A stretch of DNA of 61,406 nt, filler included, from Choristocarpus tenellus KU-1152 (GCA_964200185.2; 10 parts of 10 records of this genome joined end to end with filler, not necessarily neighbours in it); one strand, 5' to 3'. Counted from the first letter of the whole stretch, positions 13,152 to 25,924 are shown. Translations and numbers: made by a program. The notes: generated by a model from the sequence alone, not told the origin.

Positions 13152-16100
13152 CTACAATTCTCCACATTGCTCAATCACCACAGTGAGACGGGGCTTATTG
13201 TTGGCTCCAGTAGAAACGTTTTCCACTTTTCGCATGGTTAACATTGACGGTGCATCAAGCACCTGGCAGGTGAGATGGGGTGTCAGGAGGGAGGACAGAG
13301 AGTTGTGACACTATTGTCTGGTGTGACGTAAGTGTTCATTGCGCAACCACTCTTGAATGCAGCACTGCTCCCATGACCTTCAATTCAAGTTCAGACAGAC
13401 CAGTCTTTGACATACCATGATGCATCCAGATGTCATGTTGCCTAAATTGCCCCACTGCATTACATAGTGTGAGTACTACATTGTCCTCAACTAAGAATAT
13501 GCCAATGGAAAAATAGTCTTGCAGTTACTGTATCCTGGGAGCCATGTGGAATTTTCCTATTCACAAATCTCACCTTCTACAAACAAGAGCCTACAAATAC
13601 TCTACCTTTGGTACACAGTTATTTAGCTAAGATTTTGGAGTACCCCTCAGATGTATCAAGAATGTTTCATGCTCTACTGACTCTAGACACATTTACAAAC
13701 ACACTGGTTGAAGCTTAGGGTTCAAGTGGAAGGTCACCGGATACCATTTTGGTTGTAAGTGGTATCAAAATCCTGTGAGGGAACACAACCACTCCTTCTG
13801 ATTCTGAAGGTGTGAATGTGTTCTGGGGAAACTAAAAGTACTGCAGTTGGTCTAAATTGTGAAAGGCACTACCAAGCAGGGCAAATCTGTCTCATTTTAT
13901 GGTATGTGTGCACACACCACGATTTTCTCACCTTGCCAAACACAACATGCTTGTTGTCTAGCCACCCTGCCTCAGCACAAGTGATGAAGAATTGACACCC
14001 ATTAGTGTTGGGGCCACTATTTGCCATTGACAGTAATCCAGGCCCTGCTTGAACAGAATGCCAGGAGCAGAGGAAGAAGGTTTGGCTGTGTGTGTGGAAT
14101 GACTTGCCAGAAGCAGAAACTCACCAATCAACATTTATTGTTGGAAACTCATTTTCATGCATAACATAACTTTAGCAACTGAAATTTTGCTTTCTATCTT
14201 GCTAACAGCAAGGTAACCATGAGTTTTTGCACACACAATCCACTATCCACACACCACTGGAGTCAGGGTGGTTCCTAACAGTAGCAAATTGTTCTTGTCA
14301 TTCAGACCATTTCTCCCTAAAAAGATCTAAAATACACATATCCTATTCGTGATGACTACAATGGACAACTGGTCTTGAAGTAGAGGCAAACTATTAAAAA
14401 GCATTTCTTACTTTTGAAGTATTTTTACGCGGAGGAAGACATTGCTCCAACTGAAAAATGAATCAACACAATGTAACTAGGTGTGTCTGATTCATGTCCT
14501 ATTCATAGCATACTAATTGGTAACAAAGCTTTATGTCAACAACAGCTCCGGAAAGGCAAATGTGTCAAATTTATTCTACATTAATTGGACACTTTCCTTA
14601 TAAGTGCACCGCTTGGACTATATGGACCATTCTTAAAACAATTTAAAGTTATTAGTTGAGGTCCTTCAGGCGGCGAAGAGAAGTTGAGTTAAACAATTGG
14701 GATCCGCAACACGCATCTTGCACCCATCAGGTTCTGCCATTCCACTAACAACAAGAGAAATGCATGGGATAAGGGAGCAGAGGGCTGAAACTAATGCATG
14801 TCCCCTTGAGTGCCTTTTCTTCAGATGTAGACCCTGTCTGAAGTGTTTGGAAGTTCACCTGTGTGACGCAGATCAAAGTTCTCATCTGCAAACTTTTCCC
14901 CATATATGCTCATTCTCCCTGTACCATCTCCTTTAACAAAGTCCCCCCCCTGCAGCATGAAATCCTTGATTATCCGGTGAAAGGGAGAGCCTTTGTAGCC
15001 TGTGGCAATACCCTGGTGATGTTGAAGAGTTAGAGGGGGCACGAAATGGGTACTACTTCAGTTGATGTTTCAAGCTCAGGGACCCAGGCATTGGCAAGAT
15101 GATATCACATGCATTAGAAATTAACAAATCCCATGTAGTATGCTGAAGCTGGACAGTTTGCGCATTCTATCTAAAGCTTAGGCACCAGGTAACGCTTGCT
15201 CTGCATGTCATTACAAAAAGTAAACTTTAAGCTTTCAATCGCATCCTTTGTTCACAAGTGATTCTGAGTGAAAACTTCCTGGAATGTTCTTGCAGAGACA
15301 ATGCACTCCTGTACAACTCCTCGAAGTACACATGAACTGGGCGAACTATGCATTTTTCATAGTTCATCTGCCAAAGAGGTAGGATATAATAATAATTCAT
15401 TCTTGGCACACAGATGAAACAGAATATCACCCCGATAAGCTCTAACAACTGCATTGGATAGGCAGTCGAAGTATTTCATATTGAGATATGATACACAGCA
15501 TGCCATAATCAATCAGGATCAAACAGTTGTCAGCACTGCAAGCTCACATATAGTTGGGCAAGGTTGACAAAAAGAGGTAAGAGGTTTCATACAACAAAGA
15601 TAACAGTGATCACATCTTTTTCAATCAATTTTCATTGATCTGCTAAGAAGAGAAAAAAAATACAGGGATGTTTAAGGGTATCTAGGAGTCATTCTCTGCG
15701 GTCATACCTTCTTATGCCCATCATTTTCTTCACAAATTTATGGTACTAACTCAATGCAGAATTGATCATAAGGAGCATTGATAAATTTGACATTCCAAGA
15801 TACACTGTCCTTGTTGTGGATCAACAGAGTACAAATCGCAGCAGAAACAATTACAAGATTTGTTAGCAAATCCCCTATTTTTACATCTCCCGGGCGTATG
15901 TTCGAGGCATGCACTATAGCTTTTCTTCACTTGACCAGTGCAGTACTGTCTTCATTGCAACAGGGACAATCTTATTTGAGTTGGGTCACCAAGGCCAACA
16001 GGTCCCTGCTCCACTTCTCCTAAGAGGGTATTAAAACACCATTCCAATCTTCTGCACCCTACGAACCACATCGTGTTGACGTTTATTATTACTTGACCCA

Positions 16101-16671
16101 TACCTGATGTCGGTGTTCTCCCGTACAAAATTGTCGGAAGTTTTCCGCTGTCCTTGGGCATGTGTCTTTGAACAGTTCCATCTTGATACGACCTGCTGGC
16201 GCCCCTCCTATTGTCACATCGAAAAATACAACAGGGTTACCTCTCGAAATCGCCTGTTTGTGTGGGCAACGGGGTGGGAGACGAAAGAGGGTAATATATA
16301 TTAAACCAGTTTGTTCCTTGGCACGGTGTGAAAGAGATGGGGATGAATGTGACTCCAAACAAATGTTGAATTAGGAAGTATGGGATACCCTCGCACCTGG
16401 TTGGTATCTTGTGTTCTTTTTGCAAGTAATATGGTACTTCGTTTTTGTACTAACAACGCTTAACGTGTCCTGTCCGTACTCTTCCTATTATAATGGTGAA
16501 ACAAGGGTAATTCAACTGCATGTCATGACAACCAGAACAGGTCCTGGTGCAGGTGACACCTCCAATGCTCGACCTAAGGGGATAGCGGAACTTTTACGCG
16601 CGTTCAGAAGTTAAGCACCCTGGATTGCCCATTTTTCTCACCTCAGCAACCGCTGGGTCAGGCGAAGTCAT
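13152..16671 (-). CDS. PPIH: Cyclophilin-type PPIase, cyclophilin H-like (U4/U6 snRNP), complete, 185 aa
   Basis: Exons 16671-16642, 16253-16104, 15012-14859, 14044-13932, 13262-13152 total 558 nt. Motifs [109 protein letters not shown] and RKxENV are PPIH-type. Confidence 0.93.
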
Positions 16672-17563
16672 CCTTGTGGCCAAGTGTACCCCACCAACAA
16701 GGTGCGGTCTACGGATACCTTGTGTCGGTCAGAACACGCAATCAACCCCGTGGACAGTGTACCACAGTATAGTATGGGAAAGGAGGCGATCTACTACTTC
16801 CTTGCTGATCTTCGGCGATAATGTAACCTTCCCTTACTGCGTTACTATTGTGTTGAGTGAGACCTAGTAGATACCAAATTTCAAGTAGTTGTGGTGAAAG
16901 CAAAGAAAAGATGAAAAGGTTGCATAATACGCCGAAGGCGTCGGCTGTTCCATCAGCACAACAAAATATCACACTATCAAACACCGCACACCGTTCTGGT
17001 CGAACATGATTTGCCTCCGAGATCTGGCGAATAAGGATATCACCGCACCGGAAAAGTCTACCTTCAAAGGCGAAGAAGCTAAAAAATGACCCAGTTCCTC
17101 TGCTAGGTATTGGTGCTCCCTGCATGTACCGCGCATTTGTCAGGTCGAGAAAATCACCAGTTCAACCCTACACCACAATATTAACCATCTAGAAAAATCG
17201 CGACCATTATGTACACTCGCTGAAATGATATTTCCCACAGGACTAATCAGAGTGGGGGGTAGTCACCATCGGCCTCGTCGTGAAGTGTAGGCCCTGTTGA
17301 ACATTTCAATGCCAACAATCCGTCAACCACAACTCTACAGGTTGTGAAAGGGAAGGGACCTTCAATACGATACGTCGTACGATTCTCACCAAAAAAGACG
17401 ACAACAAAACACCACAGCGGGACAAAAACAAGCTGAGTGCCTACGGAGTGGGAGGAAACCGTTGGTTTGTCGCCATAAGTGCACCTGTAGGCACGAATGC
17501 CTTCGTTCAAGCTCACATGATAAGAGTACTGGAGAGCTCTGTGTAACAGAATCTTGTCACACT

Positions 17564-17727
17564 TCTCATTAACAGTCGATTTCAAAAATTGAGGACGGAG
17601 CTTTTCATTGAGGATGGGNNNNNNNNGATGGGCTTGACCAAAAATTGACTGGGATAAAGTGTCGGTATGTTTTTTTTTGTATTGAAAGCTCCATCCTCAA
17701 TTTTTTTAATCGGCTGTTTCATTGAGA
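17564..17727. mobile_element. Inverted-repeat element (MITE-like) spanning an 8-N gap
   Basis: AACAGTCGATTTCAAAAATTGAGGACGGAGCTTTTCA (17571-17607) is an imperfect reverse complement of TGAAAGCTCCATCCTCAATTTTTTTTAATCGGCTGTT (17683-17719). True interior length is unknown because of the gap. Confidence 0.6.
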
Positions 17728-18546
17728 TAAACAAAAAAAAAACTCAAAACATAACACATTGTAGGAGCATTGACAGGTCCGATGCTGAAGGTGAAGACGT
17801 AGAATAAACAAGTGGCACAGCTCCTCTAACGTCTGGCCCCTCTCTACCTGTCTGAGCTACATGCTGCGGGTCACCCCAACTATGATTAGCACATTCCACT
17901 GTGGACTGAGGGAACGGAGTTCTTTGAAGGGGTGACACACCAGCAAGTTCAAGCTCAGATTCCAACTTTGCAGGAAATTTAAACCTGTCTTCCATTTGAT
18001 CCATCACAACATTGCACCATTTGTGGGATCATTAGGACACACCCTTCCTACCCTCCTTGCAAGGGTTTCTGGCAAAACATATTTGCCAGATCAACCTGCC
18101 CCAGTTTCGTAGATAGTGATGCTGATGCACATGGACACCATCAGTGGATTATGTAATAGGGTGGAGAGCCAGTGACAAATATATTATATATACTGACTCA
18201 ATGTAGTGTCCATTTATTTTTATGTCATGTTAAAGATACACTTTCTATACTTAAAACAAGTTAATAAGTGAATCATAGTGAATTAGTGTGGACGATTGCA
18301 AACCCCACACTATAGAAATAATAATGATAGTTTAGGCTCGTCTCACCCACGTAATCAGTGGAATCGAAACTATAAGCCATCTTGTAATATCAACTTTGCA
18401 CATCTACATTAAGCTGTTCACTTTCCTTCATCAAAGCACCAAAGCCACGGGTCAAGTGTGGGATACTTGAACACGCTCCCTCTTTAGCCCCCCTTCCGGA
18501 AGGTTTTCTGGGCCTCTCCCTGGCTCGTACAGTAAGGGGACATTCG

Positions 18547-18923
18547 TCAAATCATCCCCAACCCTGTACACCTTGGGCTTCTTCCACCTTGGTTGTCATC
18601 TTCCCCCAGTCTTGCAGAGGCACCTGTGTCGTCCCCTGTCCAGGTCGGGCAGTCATTTTTCATGTGGCCGTCTTTGCCACACATGTAACAGACTATGCGC
18701 CCCTTCCCGCGCCCCTTTCTGCCTGTGGAACTCTTTCCCGCACTCACAAACCAAAACATGGCCACTCCCAGTGGACTTGCCCATGTTGATCGCTTGCAGG
18801 TCTTTGTACCTCGCCACCACCATATTTTCAACCTCCTTCACCGTCTTCGTTTCCCCGAAATCTACTAAGCTCTTGACTTGGGAGTAGTTCTCCCCAAGCT
18901 TGTTGAGAATCATGTCCACCTTT
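18547..18923 (-). mobile_element. LTR-retrotransposon gag remnant (Ty1/copia-like) with CCHC zinc knuckle, frameshifted
   Basis: KVDMILNKLGENYSQVKSLV resembles the copia gag IL..LP..Y motif. After a frameshift comes GRKGRGKGRIVCYMCGKDGHMKNDCP (CX2CX4HX4C). The 5' side is cut by a family-B TIR at 18924. Confidence 0.75.
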
Positions 18924-18994
18924 GGCTCAAATTATCTGGGAGGGGGTGACGGCTGTCCATTTGGGGTCAATTTTTTCATGTCGCGATTTTTGGG
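18924..18994 (+). mobile_element. Left end of MITE family B, running into contig end
   Basis: GGCTCAAATTATCTGGGAGGGGGTGACGGCTGTCCATTTGGGGTCAATTTTTTCATGTCGCGATTTT matches 50690-50760 and 52711-52780. Confidence 0.75.
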
Positions 18995-19094
18995 NNNNNN
19001 NNNNNNNNNNNNNNNNNNNNNNNNNNNNNNNNNNNNNNTTAATTAATTAANNNNNNNNNNNNNNNNNNNNNNNNNNNNNNNNNNNNNNNNNNNN
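18995..19094. other. Artificial contig spacer, first of nine (also 21963-22062, 25686-25785, 34328-34427, 39831-39930, 44417-44516, 50049-50148, 52937-53036, 55884-55983)
   Basis: Identical 44N-TTAATTAATTAA-44N layout each time. The 12-mer places stop codons in all six frames. Genes are cut at these points and do not resume. Confidence 0.97.
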
Positions 19095-19355
19095 CGGTGA
19101 TTCTCTTCGCCACCCTTGCCTGAGTGAACCACGCCGCCACAGAATCACACGATTCATACAAATGACAGTTTGGTTTGATTCTGTATTTTGGTATCGTATA
19201 TATGTATGTCGTTGTATTTATGTTGAACCAAACCGTATGGTTTCGAGATGATACGACGATATGATGATATGGTAAAGTGATTTGACCAAGTCTGTAAAGA
19301 AGCATTGAGGCAAGGAAAGTGGACGAGAAGGATAAGGCTCCTTAAGGTGTTTAAT

Positions 19356-20769
19356 ATGCCTACGGCTACTAGTGATGCCAAAGGGAGGTTCCGCGAGCGC
19401 GAGAGTACATTCCCAATGATTCCTGTAGATGTGGCCATTGGAACAGTCCTTGCTCAGGCTACCCCTCTCGAGCCCCTCAAAATGAAGCTATCTGAGATAC
19501 CTAATGGTGAGTTCAACTATCTCCTTTCATTATTTTTAACGCAAGTGTGGATTTGGGTTCTTGACGCGGCGAAGGAGATGGATATCAGCTCTTGCTGAGA
19601 TGTGCCCTTGATGATGTTGCAAGTACCAGTTTCTTCGAAGACCCTGCACGATTCCTCTTCAAGAAAAGACTTTTCCCAGTTTCGTGTCCTCGGTGACCGA
19701 AACTGGTTGATCTATAAGTACTTTTGGTGGACACCATTAGTGAGGAAAAGTGTCAAGAATGATGGTTTGACAAACATGAAATGTGACAAGGAAGATGATG
19801 CTCCCAACTTCTTACATCTAAAATCCTCTCAGCGCATGGGTAGATCCAACTCCCAACCCTCACTTACCTGACTCGTGTCGGATGTTGAGCAGGGAGCATC
19901 CTGGCGTCGAATATCGAAGCCCCTGACTCACTTCCTCCATTCCCAGCATCTGTGATGGACGGCTATGCGGTGGTTGCATCTGATGGCGAAGGTGTCCTCG
20001 AGGTACAGGCATGTGGTTAATGTCCAGTGGGGCGTGTTCTGAACTTAGAATATTTTGGCATACTTTGTGGTAGATAGAGACTGATTCACTACTCGACTTG
20101 ATGGGTTTGTCGGAATAAACCGCCCAGTATGTAGCATCCAGGGCAGTACGGATACATGGATGTCTTTACGTCTGAGTCTGGTCCGGGCTTTGCCCCGGTT
20201 CTGAACCTTAGACACTCCAGGCAATGTGCTTATCATGTGGACTTCTCTCTCCCCTTGAAAGCGCATTCCCTTCGTATTGCAACTCTGTTAAGATGAGTGG
20301 GTAGTCTACAGTATTAAACTTCACTACTCTGTGAATGGAGGAGTAATTTACAACCAGTAATGTGAAATATCTAAATCTTAACTCCATTACACCTAGGATT
20401 AGGAATGCTATACCTGGAATCTGTATGTATGCTTCTCTCTATCTCAACTCTGCCGTTATTCTATGCTCTTACTGTTAATCTGGCCATGTGCGGTGATATA
20501 TATATATATTGTCGCCATTACTGCAAAGTGCTTTTGTCTTGTGTTACCTCCAGATATGCTGCAAGCCCCTTCAACCTTGGCAAATTCTGCACTTTCGCTG
20601 GAGAGAGGAGTTGAAGACAAGCCCACATCCCTGTGGCATACCCACTGAAAAATCCCAACAGCTCACGCACACACTCATTCACACATAACACTGTTGTTCA
20701 CAAGAGACTGTGTTGTGTGATTAACCCTCTCCCTCCGTCCCTGTACGCACCAAGACCTCATGCAATCTC

Positions 20770-20801
<32 letters not shown>

Positions 20802-21897
20802 GGGCATCGGTACAAGTAACTCTCTACCTCGGGATATCCCGATTACAACACATGCAGATGTGGCACAACAACATAACCTCACCACTCACCCGCATTTGTT
20901 GACACAGGAAAATACGCCTTTCTAGACTTAATACTTGGCAATTGTACTCTGTAACATAAACCAACCCACGACCACAACAGCAGCCTTCCCTTCAGATGTT
21001 TCTCTTGTCTCTCGGAAATGTGTATTTTTCTAATAGGTTGTTGGACGCATCACTGCAGGCGTTAACCCAGACTCAGTAACTGTCTCACCAGGGAAGTGTG
21101 CGTACATTACGACTGGCGCCAAGCTGCCAGTTGGGGCAAATGCTGTTGTCAGGGTATGAAGCCCCTAGTCTTTGTATACAGAATCTTTGTCAACAGTGGG
21201 TGTCAAAAGACCGCAGGCCTGTTCTGTTCAGGAGTACAAAAAACGTGTTGTGTGCATGTGTTTTGAGAGGTCTTTTTTTTTATCGGAGACATGGGGGGAG
21301 AGACCCCCACAGCAATTGTTGTAGGTGAAACATGAGGAACCTGAGCGAGGTGGGTGGGTGGGTGGGTCGGAGGGAAGGATGCCCAGTAATGTTTCCAACA
21401 ACAATAGCGGTTTCCTCACACTCTACCAGGTGCCTAGGTAGTACAAGGTTCTTAGCCCTCGTCCCCTCACTTGAAACGTTGATTAGGGTAGTTGCAAAAA
21501 GTAGGGTGGCGATACCTGTTCGCATGTGGTCGTCCCTAGCAAATTGTTGTGGGGCCCGCATTCAATCTACCCTCCCATCCAATCCGATCCTTATCCCCTC
21601 CCAGCCCCCCGCCCCGCATGCGCCACTACCACATCACCAACCGATCGCATTCACCCTTCAGTTCAACATCTAAGCCTGATGTCAAACTCCCTTCTGCCTT
21701 GCCGTGCTCTCCCTTTTTGTGCCCAGGTGGAAGACACTTCGGCTGTGGAAGGTGACCCATCAGTGTTTGACGCTGGCGAAAAGGAGGTTCGTATCCTCAA
21801 GGGAGTGCCGGAGGGGAAAAGTTTGCGCCCAGTGGGATTTGACGTGCTCAAGGGAGACGTGGTGCTGAAGGCAGGCGATAAGATCTGCAGTGCAGAG
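19356..21897 (+). CDS. Molybdopterin molybdenumtransferase (MoeA / CNX1-gephyrin E domain), 3' truncated by contig end
   Basis: Exons 19356-19506, 19893-20002, 21037-21153, 21727-21897. [72 protein letters not shown] are standard MoeA/gephyrin-E motifs. Confidence 0.92.
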
Positions 21898-22124
21898 GTA
21901 AGGGGATGGAGACGGGGGTGGAGAAGTGCATGTGTTGGGGGGAGGGGGGGGGGAGGTGCTCCNNNNNNNNNNNNNNNNNNNNNNNNNNNNNNNNNNNNNN
22001 NNNNNNTTAATTAATTAANNNNNNNNNNNNNNNNNNNNNNNNNNNNNNNNNNNNNNNNNNNNTTTTTAGAACTAAAAAACGAACAAAAATACATGAAAAA
22101 GCCCTTCGTCGCCTAAATATTCAA

Positions 22125-22178
22125 GGCCTCAAATGGACAAACAGGGCAAATACTGTACCCTCTCAGATACTTTCACTC
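22125..22178 (+). mobile_element. Right TIR of a family A-related element
   Basis: CAAATGGACAAACAGGGCAAATACTGTACCCTCTCAGATACTTTCACTC matches the family A right end. Upstream sequence (22063-22124) differs from the family A interior. Confidence 0.7.
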
Positions 22179-22457
22179 AAAGGGTTCTCAGATACATACC
22201 AATATTTGTAAACCCGAACAATCCCCCAACAGCAAATGATGATTAGAGTTCCAAAAAAAGGCTCGAACCAGATCAGTTCTTCTGATCTAACAAGACCCAC
22301 ATTCCTCACTCTCTATTTTGATGCCAAACTTTATATACACTTTATACTGATTGATTCAATTGAGAGTACCCCTGTTCTGCTGAGCTGACGTTTGATAATC
22401 TGTGAATTGGACTTGACTTGTACATCCTGGGAAGGTGAGCATTGAGGGGCGCCTCTA

Positions 22458-22577
22458 ACACAAGTGGCTCTATCGAGACATGTCATGCGTTTTAAGCTGG
22501 AAACTCCTGGGAGGTGGGCAAGGAGGGGCCTGTCAGATTCTTGGGATGATTCCCTCACTCGTCGCCCTGTGGTGTAG
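22458..22577 (+). mobile_element. 3'-terminal fragment of a second CRE-like non-LTR element
   Basis: TQVALSRHVMRFKLETPGRWARRGLSDSWDDSL aligns by eye with TQIALSQRSKRFKLESPGRWVRRDLLDSWDASL at the C-terminus of the element at 23288-25685 (opposite strand). Confidence 0.7.
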
Positions 22578-22723
22578 GGCTAAGCTAGGTTGGAGGCAGA
22601 GGAGGGGAGTGGTGTAGCATAGCTGGTGTTAGTCAAATAGCAGACACATTATAGAAATATATCTTTCACATTTACGATAACTGTTACTTGTACAGAAGTT
22701 CTTATGATATTCAATTGGATTTT

Positions 22724-23120
22724 CCCCTGACACATCTGGGAAATGTCAGAGGGCATTATGCAAAAGAGAACTCTTCCAATAGAGTCTTTGCTTTAAATTG
22801 TATGGATTTATTTATTAGCGGAGTGAGCACAGCCCTTGGTGGTGGGGTGCTCTTCCTTATATTATTATCTCTTGCGCACGTCATCAGACACGTCAAAACG
22901 TGTCTGATGTCCACTCAGTCAATACTACTATTTTCTTCCATTGTTCACTAAATATAGAACTTCCTATAGACTGTCTAGCCTATATTGCAGGCATAATAAT
23001 ATATCTTATTATTCCCTCTGACATCACCGCTATCATACCGTAAGAAATACCTCACAGTAGACTCTACAGTACGTATAGTATTACATTATGCCTCTGACAT
23101 TTTGCAGATGTGTCGGGGGG
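22724..23120. mobile_element. MITE with ~40-bp TIRs and central hairpin
   Basis: CCCCTGACACATCTGGGAAATGTCAGAGGGCATTATG pairs with CATTATGCCTCTGACATTTTGCAGATGTGTCGGGGG. Perfect 12-bp stem CATCAGACACGT-CAAA-ACGTGTCTGATG at 22882-22909. Confidence 0.75.
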
Positions 23121-23287
23121 AAAACAAACAAAACCTATACATATGTAAGTATAAGCCCTAAAGAAATAAGATATCATAAATGTGAAAACACTATAAAACA
23201 CCTTAAGTGTGAAAACCACCATTAATTTATCAGTTACTCACCATTATCAATATTGTACTACTACTGTCTTCCTGTGCTTCCATCTAC

Positions 23288-25685
23288 CTACTCCTGTGCC
23301 CCAGGGGGGGGAGCTAGGGAAGCATCCCAAGAATCCAACAAATCCCTCCGTACCCATCTCCCTGGTGACTCTAGTTTAAAGCGCTTGGAACGTTGAGACA
23401 ATGCTATTTGCGTAGCCACCGAAACAGTTTGGCGTAGCCTGGATTTAACTACTCCTTTCCTGCAATACCCTCCTGCTCCTCTCCCCCCTACCATGGGAGT
23501 AGCCAGCTTGCTTGCCGAGGTGCCCCAAACTTTCCACTGCAAAGGTGTTGAGGTTCTAACTACGAGGATCAAAGGAGCCCTCGTAGCGGGTGCGCTTTCG
23601 AACCTCGACTGCAGCAGCAGCTACGCCATTGCTGGTGGATGAATGGGTGAGGTGGGAGGTGGCCTGTACCTCTGCGAAGGTGACGTCTAGCAGAAGACCT
23701 CTGTCCCTGTAGGGAGCTGTTCCAGCGTCCGCTAGTGCCCCTGCGTGGAAGACCAGATCCATGCGGAGATTCCGGTCCACGGTGAAAGGGCTACCGTCCT
23801 CCGTAGTGCAAGCGATGCCCATCTCCTTGCATAGTTGGTGCAGGCGTTTTACCATTGGAGTGTGCTGTAGCACCTGTCCACCTGGCCTGGGGCAGGTGCG
23901 AGCATGTCTGGTATCGACATTTTGCCTCCTGCACCCTGCCACTGGGCACCTGTTTGATAGGGCCTCCTCCCTCCCTAGGGATCTGCTGACTGTGAGCTTG
24001 AATTCCAGAGGGAGAATCTGGCATGCTGTTCCAGGGGTTGAGTCAAGGCCCAGGCGTTTGCCCCTTGTCCACACTGGCTCCGGTGGCGCGCTAGGGCTAA
24101 TGGAGAGCTTTCCCTCCCTTGGTGTGCCTCGTTTGGAAGGTCAGCTAGTAGTGTCCTGAAGGAGTCAAGACGGATCCTGTTGAGGAGGAGTGTGATCTCG
24201 TGTTGAGCCCTCTTTGTGATCCTGGCATCATGAGCTTCCAGGATGTGAACCTCTGGGGCAGGTGCAGGGGGTGCTGTTCCCCCCCAGGTTACCCAGTCTC
24301 GGTCAATGATTTCAGCAAGGTCTTCTGAGGGGACACCTGTAGAAAGGAGGGTGTGTATGGACAATCCTAAGGCCTGTATCGTGCGGCTTGTACATACAGC
24401 TTGTGATAAAGACTCGCCATGAGGCCCTTGCTGCCTTGCTAGGAGGGTGGGGAGATTACCCACCAGTGATCCTACAAAAGCTAAATGTTGGCGGTGTTTC
24501 ATGGAGGAGAGGCCCAGACCCCCCCACACTTGTAGGCATCTGTGCCTGTACTTGTTGGTGGGTCTCTAGGCGGAGAGATCTATTGCTGCACCCTCCCTCG
24601 AAGAAATCTCTCACCTCTGTCGCATCGGCATCTCCATTATCCTCTTTAGTGTCCATAGGGAGGTGTTGTCTGCTTGCTCCATGGTGGAGTGTGCCAGGAG
24701 GGGGGGAGTGACCCTCACAAGATAGCCTAGCCGGGAGGAGAGGGACCAGGCGTTGAGGAGCCAGGCCGCCTGCTTGTCCTCCATCTCGCTTAGGTGTGTG
24801 GCTGAAGCTCGTGTCCCAGAGCTCTCGATCACCTCCGCCATGTGAGCTCGAATGAAGTCATCTGTTCCTACTGGAGCCCCTAGAGTGACAAAACTACTGG
24901 GGTTCGGGGTTAGGTGATTCCCGCTGTAGAGAGGAGCTCTAGTTCCGAGGACGTGGGTTGGTGACCCTGGGGAGGTGCGGCAAAGGCCTTGTCCATGTTT
25001 AGGTTGATGCCTACCTCCTGGAGATTAGTTTTTAACTGCTCGAAAGCAGCTATGGTGATAGGGTTGATCCCCGTCGCCGAAATGGACGTGTCATCCAGAT
25101 AGCTCCGGGAGGAGACCCCTTGGGGTCCAAATACTGATTGGACCTGTTGCAAGGCCTTGTGTGTTGCCATGCCATATAAGTGGGGGCCCAGTGGGTCTCC
25201 CTGTTGGACCCCAGATTTCGGTGGTAGAATCTTCGTCCCTCCCTCATCTAGGGGGAAAAGAAGATTCCTTGTGTTCCCATACACCGTAGAGACATAAGGT
25301 AGGAGTCCTGGTAGGGTCTCTGGGGGAGCCTGGATGAAGGCTGAGCAACGTACGCTGTTGAAGGCATTCCTTCCGTCCAGACGGATGACCCATTCTCCAC
25401 TCTCATTCCTTAGGCGGATATCCAGGAGTGCACGTTCAATCCTATTTCGGACCCCGACACCGAATTGTCCCACTGCCCCGAAACATTCCTCTACGTAGGA
25501 GCGTCAGTCTGTGCAGAAAGCTGAAGCACATGCCCTCCTAAAAAAAGACCCACAGGCAACCGGGCTACACTTCTCCCCAATTGCGGACAGTCTGGAGTTG
25601 GTGTGGAGTGTCCAGAACTCTAGGGGTAGGGAGTCCGGGGAAGTGTAGGCTAGCTCCCATAGTTTTGCAAACGCCTCTGCCACTT
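23288..25685 (-). mobile_element. Non-LTR retrotransposon, CRE/SLACS-like (RT + CCHC finger + restriction-like endonuclease), decayed, 5' cut by contig end
   Basis: RT motifs GQFGVG, LDGRNAFNSV, SGVQQGDPLGP, SYLDD and GGLGL; CPVAGC...DTRHARTC finger; RMDL...LLLDVT...EVRKRTRY endonuclease pattern. The ORF is broken into at least five pieces by frameshifts and stops. Confidence 0.9.
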
Positions 25686-25924
25686 NNNNNNNNNNNNNNN
25701 NNNNNNNNNNNNNNNNNNNNNNNNNNNNNTTAATTAATTAANNNNNNNNNNNNNNNNNNNNNNNNNNNNNNNNNNNNNNNNNNNNTTTTTTTTTCCCAAT
25801 ATTTTTCTTTTTTTTTTACTTTTTTTTGTTTGGAAATTACTCCAATCATTATTCCCCCCCCCCCCCCCCGGTCCCCCCCCCATTCTATGTGGGATTAATT
25901 AGGTATTCAAAATATTGCTATCAG

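Noticed and set aside
13015-13308. Plus-strand ORF with apparent splice sites as an extra MRPS6 exon
   Set aside because: It is the antisense of the last cyclophilin exon; MRPS6 ends at 12685.
16742-18170. Possible gene upstream of cyclophilin H
   Set aside because: Short ORFs on both strands with no recognisable motif and no consistent exon chain.
19039-19050. Recurrent TTAATTAATTAA palindrome as a biological motif
   Set aside because: Always centred in exactly 44 N on each side; it is an assembly linker with stops in six frames.
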